From: Scyliorhinus canicula
Lineage: Eukaryota
Assembly: GCF_902713615.1 (NCBI RefSeq)
Contig: NC_052166.1
Coordinates: 1,984,001 to 2,048,000 of the forward strand
Direction of reading: 5' to 3'
DNA: 64,000 nt
Notes under the pieces: model-generated
Database searches by the model: none
Told to the model about the DNA's origin: nothing
What the model saw: the letters and a program-made list of their open reading frames with translations, nothing else
Shown here: piece by piece, positions 48,046 through 59,958 of the stretch
Numbering within the stretch: the stretch's first letter is position 1
Layout: the number at the start of each line of letters is the position of its first letter
Program-made: the position numbers and the translations under genes

Positions 48046-51000
48046 GGTACAGCACACCCTCAGTACTTTTTATTTCAAATTTAGAGTACCCAATTAATTT
48101 TTTCCAATGAAGGGGCAATTTAGCGTGGCCAATCCACCTACCCTGCACATTTTTGCTTTGTGGGGATGATTCACTATCAATTACCACAAAGACGAGAGTA
48201 GTGGAATAATCAAGGCTTTATTGAGCAAAGATGTTGTGCCTCTTGTAGGAAAAAAATGTACAAGTTCAGTCTGTTGGGGGCCTTGACCCTCCATTGTGAT
48301 CGCCTCAGTCCTGGTGGTGATGTGGGCGCCGACTTGGTCACCTGTGACTCCGGGAGCGTGTTGTCCTCGTCTTTGTCACCCCTGAGTGGAACCAGTGGGA
48401 GGACGGATCCTCCTGGGGCGAGGGCTGTAGTGAGGTTCGCTGGGGGGAGGGGGAGTGGCGCAGGGGTGAATGAGGCAACCGAAGGATGGGGTGGGGGGGG
48501 TGTCGGGTCAGGGGCCGTGGGTGGGGATCCAGCGGTTGCCAGGTCCCGGAGGGAGACTGTCCTGGCGCCCTTCGGGATGCGCCACGTACTGCTGGTTCGC
48601 GTATAAGAGGTGGATGCCTTCGACCAAAGGGTCCGACTTATGGGTCTGCACATGCTTGCGAAAGAGAACGGGTCCAGGAACTGTCAGCCATGTTGGGAGC
48701 GAGACCCAGGAGGTGAACTTCCTGGGGAAAGCAAAGAGACGTTCATGGGGGGGTTTCGATGGTCGCGGTGCAGAGGAGCGATCGGGTGGACTGGAGAGCG
48801 TCGGGGAGGACCTCTTGCCAGCGGGAGACCGGGAGATATGAAATGAAATGAAAATCGCTTATTGTCACGAGTAGGCTACAATGAAGTTACTGTGAAAAGT
48901 CCCTAGTCGCCACATTCTGGCACCTGTTCGGGGAGGCTGGTACGGGAATTGAACCATGCTGCTGGCCTGCCTTCGTCTGCTTTAGACCACAGGGCCAGCA
49001 GGACGCCCTTCCAGACCGTCCCGTTCTCCCTCCACCTGCCCGTTTCCCCTGGGGTTGTAGCTGGTCATCCTGCTCGAGGCAATGCCCTTGCAGAGGAGGA
49101 CTGATGCAGCTCATCACTCATAAAGGAGGATCCCCGATCGCTGTGGACGTAGGTGGGGAAACCGAACAGAGTGAAGATGCTGTGGAGGGCTTTAATGACC
49201 ATGGCAGAAGTCATATTGGGGCATGGGATAGCAAAAGGGAACCAGGAGTACTCATCGATCACGTTCAGAGTATACGTGTTGCGGTCGGTGGAGGGGAGGG
49301 GCCCTTTGAAGTCCAGGCTGGAGGCCTTCAGCAGGTGCACGCAGTCTGGCCGGTAGAAGTACGGCTTGCACTCTGCGCAGACCTGGCAGTCTCTGGTGAC
49401 AGTTCTGACCTCCTCAATGGAGTAGGGCAGGTTGCGGACCTTGATGAAATGGAAGAACCGGGTGACCCCCGGGTGGCAGAGGCCATCGTGGAGAGCCCGG
49501 AGTCGGTCCACTTGTGCACTGGCACATGTACGTCAGGGGGCTCGTTGAGCTTCCCGGGGCGATACAAAATCTTGTAATTATAGGTGGAGAGCTCGATCCT
49601 CCACCTCAAGATCTTATCGTTTTTGACCTTGCCCCGCTGTGTATTGAACATGAAGGCAACCGATCGTTGGTCAATGAGGTGAGTGAATCTTCTGCGGGCC
49701 AGGTAATGCCTCCAATGCCGCACAGCTTCCACAATGGCTTGACCTCCTTTTCGACAGAGGAGTGTCGAATTTCGGAGGCATGGTGCGGGAAAAGAAGGCC
49801 ATGGGCCTGCCCGCCTGGTTGAGGGTGGTGGCCAGAGCTACGTCTGATGCATCGCTCTCGACCTGGAAGGGAAGGGACTCGTCAACCGCGTGCATCGTGG
49901 CCTTGGCGATGTCTGCCTTGATGCGGTTGATGGCCTGGCAGGCCTCAGCCGTCAGGGGAAAAACTGTGGACTGAATGAGTGGGCGTGCCTTGTCCGCATA
50001 GTTAGGGACCCACTGGGCATAGCAGGAGAAAAACCCCAGGCATCGTTTCAGGGCCTTGGAGCAGTGGGGGATGGGGCGTTCCATGAGGGGGCGCATGCGG
50101 TTGAGGTCGGGCCCTAGAACTCCATTTTCCATGACATAGCCAAGGATGGCTAAGCGGTTGGTGCGGAACACGGATTTCTCCTTATTGTACGTGAGATTAA
50201 GGAGCCGGGCAGTCTGGAGAAATTTTAGGTTAGCGTCGTGGTCCTGCTGATGTGGCCGCAGATTGCGATGTTGTCTAGGTACGGGAAGGTGGTCCGCAAT
50301 CCGTATGGGTCCATCATTCGGTCCAGCTCACGATGGAAGACCGAGACCCCATTAGTGACACCAAAGGGAATCCTAAGGAAGTGATAGAGGCGGCCATCTG
50401 CTTCGAACGGAGTGTATTGGCGGTCCTCCTGGTGGATGGGGAGCTGGTGGTAGGTGGACTTCAGGTCCACTGTGGAAAAGACCCGATACTGTGCAATCTG
50501 ATTGACCATGTCAGATATGGGTGGGAGGAGTATGCGTCGAGCTGCGTGTACCAATTGATGGTCTGACTGTAATCAATGAACATCCTGTTCTTTTCCCCAG
50601 TCTTTACCACTACCACTTGGACTCTCCAGGGGCTGTTGCTGGCCTCAATAATGCCTTCCTGCAGAAGCCGTTGGACCTCCGACCTGATGAAGGCCTGTCC
50701 TGGGCACTGTACCGTCTGCTGCTGGTGGCAACAGGTTTGCAATCCGGGATGAGGTTCGCAAACAAGAAAGGTGGATCGACCTTAACGGTCGTGAGGCCGC
50801 ATACGGTGAGAGGGGTTGTAGGTGTCCGCCGAATTTTAAGGTTAAGCTTTGGAGGTGGCACTGGAAGTCCAGGCCGAATAACAGGGCAGCGCAGAGGTGG
50901 GGGAGGACGTAGAGCCGGAAGTTGCTAAATTCTAACCGCGATGCAGTACCACCGGATTTCCATGGAATGGGATCCGGAGGCCAGGGAGATTTTCTGGGTA

Positions 51001-52445
51001 ACAGTAGTACTGCGAGGGAGCAGCGCCTTACCGTTGTGGGGTAGATGAAGCTCTCTGTGCTCTCGGAGTCAATAAAGGCAGGCCGTCTTGTGCCCATCGA
51101 TTTTCACCATTGAGGTTGCGGGGCCGGAACTGGTCCAGGGTGATCGAAGCAATCTGTGGCAGATGCTGGGAGGCCCCGGGCTGGTCAGTGGTGGTGGAGG
51201 TAGCGGCAGGTGATAAACGGCCAGACGAGCTTCCAGACGAGCAGGGGTCCTGAGGCGCCATCCAAAATGGTGCCGAAGATGGCGGCACCCACGGGGCGCA
51301 CATGGCGGGCAGCATCAAAGATGGTGGCGCCCACGGGCCGCACGTGGCTTGCGAGGGGGGAAATAGCGGAGCCCCTGGGTCGCACGTGGGGGGTGTAGGA
51401 ACTGTGGGCCTGGAAACAGAGGTGACGAACGGGCCTGACACACAGAAACAAAGTGTCCCTTTCCACATCCATTGCAGGTTGCACTCCGCGCCGGGCAGCG
51501 CTGCCAGGGGTGTTTGTTCTGCCTGCAAAAGTAGCATTTGGGCCCCCCGGGGTTGGCTGGCTGCCGCAGGCTTGCGGTGAGCTGGAGTCAGTAGCTGGTG
51601 GGGCCCATGATGCCCATGAGGGTGCTGTGTGGTCGGGGACGTACGACTGGATGTTACGGGAGGCCACTGTTAACAAGTTTGCGACCCCCATGCCCGTAAC
51701 GAAGGCGTCTCGGATTAAAAGTTCTGTGTGCTGGTCTGCCGAAACTGCCTGGCAGTCACAGTTCCTCCCCAGGATGTGCAGGGCATGCCAGAAATCATCC
51801 AGAGACTTACCGGGGAGTTGCTGTCTCGTGGACAGGAGGCGCCTCCTGGAGTATAGTTGGTTGACTGGCCGAACGTAATGTCCCTTCAGGAGCTCCATTG
51901 TTTCGGAGTAAGTGGGCACATCCCGGATGAGAGGAAAAATGTCAGGGCTCACTCGTGAATAAAGAACTTGGAGCTTCTGTGCGTCCGAGGGTTCCGCAGC
52001 GGATGTTCGGAGGTAGCTTTCGAAGCAGGCTAGCCAGTGGTCAAAAGCGAACGTAGCGTTGGCTGCTTGAGGGCTCAGCTGCAGGCGATCAGGCTTGATG
52101 CGAAGATCCATAGTTTTAAAAATCTTTGCTCAATAAATTGATGCACTGTCAATTACCACAAAGACGGGAGTAGTGGGAATAATCGAGACTTTATTGAGCA
52201 AAGGTGTTGGGCGCGATTCTCCGCACCCGCAAAAAATCGCGAAATTGTCGTAAAAAACGGGCGCGTTTTACGACGGTCGTGAAGGGTCCATTTCCCGACG
52301 TATTCACTTCCGGGAAATGGGCTAGTAACGCGGCCGCGTCAATCACGTGCGCGATGACGACGGAAAGCGGCGACGACACGATCACGCCCACATGACGCCG
52401 CCTGACACCGTAAAAAGGCGCGGGCGAGCACAGAATCTGTCGGCC

Positions 52446-54380
52446 ATGATGTCGGAGCCCAGGAGAGCTGCACCTTGTTTTGTGGAGGCCGATGTTGAGA
52501 CGCTGCTCGATGCTGTCGAGCAGAGGAGGGGCATCATCCGCCCGCGGAGAGGGCATCGCCAACCTGCCAGCGCGGTACGCCAGGCCTGGCGTGAGGTGGC
52601 TGCTGCCGTCAGTGCTGTGGGGCAGACCCCTCGCTCTGCAGAGCAGTGCCGGAAAAAGCTTCACGACCTCACCAGGGCTGCCAGGGTAAGTGCCAAGAAG
52701 GTGCCCCCTGGTCACAACCATCCCTCCCCCCCCCCCCCCACTTTACTTAATCACCCACCTCCCCCCCTGGCACGGGGGGGGTGGAGGGGGATTGGGGCAG
52801 AGTTATTTGAGGATGGTTCACAAATTTGTCACAGACCCAGCCCTGTGGAGAGATGCAATGGTCTTATGACAACTTGACCCCCAAACTGTGCCAGTATCTG
52901 AACGGACTGCTGATACCTGCCGTATTGTAATGATCTACCTATGTACCCTCCCCCAACAGGCCAAGTCCGCTCACAACAACCGTGAGCGGCACAAGACTGG
53001 AGGGGGTACGCCCAACCTGCACCCCCTCACCACCTTTGAGCAGAGGGCACTGGACCTTGTTGGGGGGGTCTGCCACCCGGGATGGCACGCTATGCGAGGT
53101 TGGCGGATCTGCAGCAAGTGAGACAACCCTCCTTGACAAACACCCACCCCTCCCCATCCTCTGTCCCTTCACACACCCTGCCCACTTGGACACCTCCCCA
53201 TCCTCTGTCCCTCACACACCCTGCCCACTGGGACACCTCCCCCATCCTCTGTCCCTTCACACACCCTGCCCACTGGGATACCTCCCCATCCTCTGTCCCT
53301 TCACACACCCTGCCCACTGGGATACCTCCCCCATCCTCTGTCCCCTCACACACCCTGCCCACTGGGGATACCTCCCCCTTCCTCTGTCCCTTCACACGCT
53401 GCCCACTGGGACCGTCCAGCGGCCTGCCGAGCAAATCTAAATAACCCGTCTCATTCTCTTCCCTAGGACGTGATGCCGAACGACCAGGCCGTCTGCTGCA
53501 GACGGACACAGGCATCTGCCGCCGACCTCACCCGGGGCCGCACGACAGAGGGTGCCCGATCAGCGGGGAGTCCCATCCTCCCCAACCCAATCTGCGGATC
53601 AGGACGCCCAGAGGGTGGTGAGAACACAACCCACGGAAATGGCCAGGGATAACCCTCCGGACTCTGAGCGGCCCCACACCATTGAGGAGGGGCTAAATTG
53701 CAAAAACATCGGGCTTGCGGCACTGCTATCTCCCACAACATCCATCATCCCAGAGACACTCACCCCGGCGGGCCTATTTAGTGATGAGTCTCCTGGGTCA
53801 CCAGTCTGGTTCGCACATCACAGCTGAGCAGGTACAGCAGGTGGAGGTCGGAGCAACCGAGGGCCCGGACTCGCGGAGGCCAGACCAGGCCCAGGATGCA
53901 GCTGGCTCCCAGACGTTTTCGGAGTTCCTGGAGTTTCTCAACCCACCCGCACAGCCGATGCCTCAAGAAATCCAGGGAAACAACGACGGGATGAGGGCTT
54001 CCTTCCAGACTCTGCAGACGCTGTTAGAGGAGTCGAACCGCGTCCACGAGCAGGGAGTGGTGCCGCTCATGGCAGGAGACCCAGTCCGACACCGCACGGA
54101 TGGCATCCGCGGTGGAGGCAATGGGTCAGGTGATGCAAGGCATTGCGGTTCATATGCACGCGTCATCCTCGGCCCTGGACAGGGTTGCCCTCTCACAGGC
54201 AGCAATTGCCAGAGGCAAACCGACATTGCCGGCGCCCTGCAGGCCTTGGCCCAGTCTCACCAGGTCATTGGCCAGTCGCAGCAGTCAGTCGCCGAGAGCA
54301 TCAACCGCCTGACACATGTGCTGGATGACGTCGTGCACACACAGGTTGAGATCGCACAGTCCCTGGCGGGAATGTCTTAA
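52446..54380 (+). pseudogene. Harbinger Myb/SANT-like DNA-binding protein gene (3 exons, frameshifted)
   Basis: Exon 1 52446-52685 (AWREVA..RSAEQCRKKLHDL, AGG|gtaagt), exon 2 52960-53117 (RERHKTGGG; frameshift in a G run), exon 3 from 53467 with a coiled-coil C-terminus. Confidence 0.8.
53140..53410. repeat. About 44-bp tandem repeat in Harbinger Myb-gene intron 2
   Basis: CCCATCCTCTGTCCCTTCACACACCCTGCCCACTGGGATACCTC repeated about 6 times. Confidence 0.85.
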
Positions 54381-55418
54381 CTCCCTGGACTCCGTGTCTG
54401 CAAACCTTCGGATCCTGGTGGATACCGTTGCAGGCCTCCAGGACTGGCAGCGCCAGGTGTCGGTGGTGCGACAGGGCACCTCCCCGCTCACACCTCTGTC
54501 CCAAAGTGAGGCCCGGGGGCCACCGGGCTCCCCGAGGGAGGAGAAGGTTTTGGGGCCCGTCCCATTCAGTCCATCACGGGACGTCCCGAAATTCTCGGCC
54601 TCCCCCCGTCCCATCCCTGGTGCATTGGGTGGGCAGCAGACAGAGCAGGGGTGGACACAATATCACCCGAGATGCCCGCAGAGCAGCCTGGCCCATCAAG
54701 GCCGGGTCGCCCCAGGAAACGCTTGGCCAAGGAGAAACGATCGAGGGGGGCGATTCGCAGCAATCCTCCTCCACGCCTGCTGTATCATCTGGGGAGTCAC
54801 GTAGACGTAATGTTAGGGCCCGTAAGGCAACTAAGGTAGACACTGAGTAAGTTGGCACGGGTGAAGGGCACAGTTTAGTTGTAGGGGCTAGGGCACCTGT
54901 AAATAATTGTTAACATTAAACGCACTGTTCCACCTTACTTGTAATACCGTGTGATTGTTCCACAGCCACAGGATTTGTGATGGTGACCGAGTGTCGCTGG
55001 GGTTGACGAGTGGTGAAACTTCGGTGCCGGGTGTGCAGTCCCTGCCCCCTCCCCCCCCCCCCCCCCCAACCCCTCCCACAGCTAGCCCACGCGGGCACGT
55101 GATGGAGTGTCAGTGACGATCTCAGCGGCCACCAAGGTGGATGGTTCAGCTATTGCCATGGGTCAGACTCTCTCTAACGATTCTGAGCTCACAGCTCATC
55201 GCAGAGCGGGCTGTCATCATTCCACATGGCACTGATCACACCCGCTGACACAGCCATCAATGTTGTGCCATACCGTCTGGGCCCAGTGGTAAAGGTGATG
55301 TCGAAGTGGAGCAGTGTACACTGAGAGGGGGTGGGGGGGGGTTGTGGCGGTGGAAGTTGTGTGTTGACCCTCTGCACGACTAACGATGCAGGTGGTGGTT
55401 TGGTGTTCAGCGGGGACG

Positions 55419-56770
55419 TCACATGCGATGCGTGAACCGTGCTGCCACCAAGGCGTCGCGTGCCCGCCGTCCTCGCCGGGTCTGTCGTGCCGCCTCCTGG
55501 ACATCACCAGCACCTGGGTCATGCCTGCGTTCTGCGCCCGCCACTCCACCAGCCTCCTCCTCCTCCCTCTCCTCCTCCTCCACCTCCTCCTCATCCTCCT
55601 CCTCCTCCTCCTCCTCTGTGCTGGCACCACTGCCACTGGCTTCTCCCTCCGCCTCCTGCAGCAGGTCATCTCCCCTCTGCATCGCGATGTTGTGCAGCGC
55701 ACAGCAGACCACTACAATGCGAGCGACCCTTTCGGCCTGGTACTGCAGGGCCCCTCCGGAGCGGTCCAGGCACCTGAATCTCATCTTCAGGAGGCCAAGG
55801 CAGCGCTCCACCACACCCCTGGTTGCTGCATGGGCCTCGTTGTATCGTGTTTTCTGCATTGGTCTGAGGCCTCCGTATAGGCGTCATCAGCCAAGACCTC
55901 AGCGGATAACCCCTGTCGCCTAGCAACCAGCCCCTCAGCCGGGGGGGGACGTCCCTCAAACATCGCAGGGATGAACGACGCGCCAGTATGTAGGAGTCAT
56001 GCACACTCCCTGGGAACCTTGCAGAGACATTCATGATCCTCATGTGGGGGTCGCATACCACCTCGATATTCATGGAGTATGTCCCCCTTCTGTTTGTGAA
56101 CACGTCCCTGTCTCCTGCAGACGGGCGCATGGGGACGTGAACACAATCGATTGCTCCCTGCATCCTCGGTATCCCGGCCACGCTGGCAAATCCACGAGCT
56201 CGTGAGTCTGACTTGCTTGGTCCTCGGGAAGGTGATGTAGCGGTCCACGATGGCATAGAGGGGCAATCGGTCCATCCCGGATGCACCTGTGGACAGATGA
56301 CTGGGAGATCCCGGAGACGTCCCCGCTCGGAGACTGGAAGGAGCCGGTCGCATAGACGTTAAGAGCGACCGTCACCTTGATGGCAACCGGGATCGCGTAT
56401 CCTCCCCCGTTCCACGTGGGCGAGGTGCGACAGGAGTTGGCAGATTGTATCACCGTCCGCCTACTCAGCCGGAGTCTCATCCTGCAGATGATGTCCGTCA
56501 TTGTGTAGGAAAGAGACCCGGACACGGTACACCCTCGGCTTTGGTCGTCGCCTCTGGCGCCGTGGCTGCACCCACTCTCTCCTCTTCCTCTTCCTCCTCC
56601 TCCTCCCCATGCTGCTCGACGACTGGCACTCCTCGGCCCTTCCCTCTGCTGCTGCAGCTGGCCCTGCATCCACTGCGGTTGTGGGTGTGGATGCTGCTGC
56701 ATCGCCAAATGCAGTACAGCGGCCCAACACTGCGCAGAACATAGGCGTTCTGTTCACATACATTGTGCTA
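55419..56770 (-). pseudogene. Harbinger (HARBI1-like) DDE transposase, frameshifted
   Basis: KVTVALNVYATGSFQ, GAIDCVHV, RFPGSVHDS, LLGDRGY, VVERCLGLLKMRFRCL, CCALHN spread over three frames; acidic C-terminal tract. Confidence 0.88.
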
Positions 56771-57079
56771 ACCTACAGAAGGGTGGTGGGGGCAGAGAAA
56801 CGGACATGTTAGACGGGTTAGTCGACACCTCGGCAGCTGCCTGCCACGGGATACCTGTGTGTCCCGGTGCCTGGACGCGCTGCTTACACGCGGCAGCCTA
56901 ACCCCTGGTCACTTTCTGCATCCAACGGCCAGTAAACTATGTCCTCCTCACGGGTCGTCAATGGCCTGTGGCCGTAAGCCACAGGGCAACCAGCGGCCGT
57001 GTCCTCGTGACCGGCACGCCATGGCATGGTGGCAGACATTTTGTTACGGGGTTGGACGGCTCACTCGCTCACTCTCTAC

Positions 57080-57540
57080 CTAACCCCCCCCCGCACTCCC
57101 CCTCCCCCCCCCCACTCCCCCCCGTCTCCCCCACTCCCCCCTCCGTCTCCCCCACTCCCCCCCCGTCTCCCCCACTCCCCCCCGCCCCCCCCTCCCCCCC
57201 GTCCCCCCCCCCCCCCCCGCCTCCCCCACTCCCCCCCCTCCGTCGCCCCCACTCCCCCCCCCATCCCCCCACCCCCCCCCGTCTCCCCCACCTCCTCCGT
57301 CCCCCACTGCCCCCTCCGTCTCCCCCACTGCCACTCGTTCCCCCATGCCCCCCCCTCTCATCCCCATTGCCCCCTCCGTCTCCCCATCCGTCTCCCCCCA
57401 CTGCCCTCCGTATCCCCCACCCCCCCTCCGTCTCCCCCACTCCCCCCTCCGTCTCCCCCACTGCCCCCTCCATCTCCCCCATTCCCCCCTCCGTCTCCCC
57501 CACTCCCCTCCGTCCACTCCCCTCCGTCTCCCCCACCCGC
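57080..57540. repeat. C-rich low-complexity tandem repeat inside the Harbinger
   Basis: Repeated CTCCCCCACTCCCCCCTCCGT-like units. Confidence 0.85.
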
Positions 57541-58209
57541 TCTGGACCCCCTCCCGTTCTCAGGGATGCCTTCCCCGTTGTGGCCAGACTCGAGCGGTGC
57601 GCTGAGCGGTGCGCTAACCTCCTCCAAGCTGTCGTCAGCCAGCACGACTGGTTGACGAACTTAAAAAGCAGGTGTGTTTCACGCCGTGCAAACAGGGCGC
57701 GATGACGTCGGGACTTCGGCCCATCCGGGCCGGTGAATAGCGGGGGTCCAATTTGTAGCGATTCTGGTCGTGTCGGGGGCGTGAAGGAGGCTTTTGTCGG
57801 GAATGGCGACTCTGAGATTTTGCGGGGTTCGGAGGATAGCGGGAGGGCGTCGGACCAGCGTCGCCGTAAAAATTTGCGACGCCCGCTATTCTCCGTCCTG
57901 TCGTGAGTACGGAGAATCGCGCCCGTTGTGCCTCCTGTAGCTGCCACCAGAATGGCTGCAGCACCGGCGAGCACACACATATTTATACATTGCCTCCTGG
58001 GCGGAGCCAGCAGGCAGGGATTTACCCATGTACCTCTAGTATTTGTGTCTTACCGTAATACAGCTAGTGGTGACTACCACAGGGGGCGAAACCCACGCAA
58101 ACACGGGGAGAATGTGCAAACTCCACACGGGCAGTGACCCGTGATCGAACCTGGGACCTCAGCGCCGTGAGGCCGCAGTGCTTACCCATTGTGCCACCAT
58201 GCTGCCCCA

Positions 58210-58910
58210 CAACCTCAGTACTGACCTTCCGACGGTGCAGCACACCCTCATTCTGACCCTGCAACGGTGCAACACATCCTCAGTACTGACCCACCCACGG
58301 TGCAGCACTTTCTCATACTGACCCTCCGAAAGCGTAGCACACCCTTATACTGATCCTCCTACGGTGCAGCATTCCCTCATACTGACTATCCGAATGTGCA
58401 ACACTCCCTCAGTACTGACTCACCGACAATGCAGCACTCCCTCAGTGCTGATCCGACAATGCAACACTCTCATACTGACCCTCCCACAGTGCAATACACC
58501 CTCAGTACTGATCCTCCAAAGGCGCAGCACACTCTCAAACTGAACTTCTGACGGTGCAACACTCCCACATACTGACCCTGTGAATGTACAATACTCCCTC
58601 AGTACTGACAATCCAACGGTACAGCACGCCCTCATACTGATCCCCCGACAATGCGGTACTCCCTCATACTGACCCTCAACAGTGCAGTTCACGCTCATAC
58701 TGACCCTCTGATAGTGCTGTGCTCCCTCAGCACTGACTCTCCAAATGTGCGACGCTCCCTCTGCACTGACCCTCCAACAGTGTGACACTCCCTCAGTATT
58801 GACCTTCTGACAATGTGACATTCCCTCAGTATTGACCCGCCGACAATGTGACACACTCTCAATGCTGACCTTCCAACATGCGATGCTCCCTCTGCATTAA
58901 CCCTCTGAGA
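58210..58910. repeat. Degenerate 33-bp tandem repeat, about 21 copies
   Basis: Unit about CAGTACTGACCCTCCGACAGTGCAGCACTCCCT; single-unit remnants near 46225 and 48050. Confidence 0.85.
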
Positions 58911-59541
58911 ACAAACAGGCAAACCTGTGAAGGAAACCCCAGACAGTGGATACAGTTATTATCTATTGGTTAAGATGTCTATCATAAAACAGTTTCCAAA
59001 GCTCTCCACCAGTTGGCATGTGTTTCTCGTGCCATCTCTGGGTTTGTTGTGGATTAATCACTGCGATTATTCAACGATCCATTCTAATTTCAGCTATTTT
59101 TCTCAGCCACACTCCTGCTACCTTTCCCACATTCCTGCCGTGTGTCACAGATTTGGGGAAATCACCTGAGAAACTCCAGCTCTCAGTCAATAAGGAAGTG
59201 GATACAGAAAATAAATAGGGCAGCACAGGAGCAACCAGTTCTCAAAATAGGAACAACATCCACTTCTCTCCCTAAAGTAACAGTGAAGAGACATCTTGAG
59301 CAGTGGGCCAATGGGTGGGAGCATAGCAGTGACTTTTTATTCATTTAGTGATATGGGCATTGCAGGTTAAGTCCAGCATTTATTACCCTAATTTCCCATC
59401 AGAAGGTGCTGATGAGTTGCGTTCTTGAACCGCTGCAGTCCCTGAGGTTTAGGTACACCCACCGTGCTGTTAGGGAGGGAGTTCCAAGTTTTTGCCCTGG
59501 CGACAGTGAAGGAATGGCGATATATTTCCATGATGTGGAGA

Positions 59542-59958
59542 TGCTGGCGTTGGACTGAGGTGAGCACAGTAAGAAGTCTTACAACACCAGGTTAAAGTCC
59601 ACAGGTTTGTTTTGAATCAGTAGCTTTCGGAGCACTGCTCCTTCCTCAGGTGAATGAAGAGGTGGGTTCAAGAAACATATATATAGACAAAGTCAAAGAT
59701 GCAATATGATACTTTGAATGCAAGTCTTTGCAAGTAATTAAGTCTACAGGTCCAGACGGAGCAACTGGAGAGAGGGATAATCACAGGTTAAAGAGGTGTG
59801 AATTGTCACAAGCCAGGACAGTTGGTAGGATTTTGCAAGCCCAGGCCAGATGGTGGGGGGTGAATGTAATGCGACATGAATCCAAGGTCCCGGTTGAGAC
59901 CATACTTATGTGTGTGGAACTTGGCTATAAGTTTCTGCTCGGCGATTCTGCGTTGTCG
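59542..59958 (-). mobile_element. Penelope-like element 3' end (GIY-YIG tail + pseudo-LTR)
   Basis: Minus strand RQRRIAEQKLIAKFHTHKYGLNRD, followed by a terminal region with a hammerhead core. Confidence 0.7.
59615..59655 (-). ncRNA. Minimal type I hammerhead ribozyme motif
   Basis: ATTCAC-CTGAGGA-A-GGAGC-AGT-GCTCC-GAAA-GC-TA-CTGATT: CUGANGA and GAAA cores, 5-bp stem II, palindromic AGCU stem III; stem I has mismatches. Confidence 0.55.

Larger units (their letters stand above)
52209..57924. mobile_element. Near-complete PIF/Harbinger DNA transposon (5.7 kb)
   Basis: Perfect 14-bp TIR GGGCGCGATTCTCC, 3-bp TSD GTT, two convergent genes (Myb/SANT-like and DDE transposase). Confidence 0.93.
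48167..58081 (-). mobile_element. Gypsy (Ty3) LTR retrotransposon, frameshifted, with a Harbinger inside its 5' LTR
   Basis: gag 51185-52111, protease (FIDSEST), RT (YPYLDN-type), RNase H (VESDASD), integrase (HPG, SLDFKGPLP, VHSDRGSSF). 5' LTR = 58081-57925 + 52208-52139 (224 bp); 3' LTR remnant 48167-48247; TSD GGGGA/GGGGG inside a SINE. Confidence 0.9.

Noticed and set aside
55419-56770. Domesticated host HARBI1 gene
   Set aside because: It is inside perfect TIRs with a TSD, paired with a Myb gene, and frameshifted, so it is a transposon copy.
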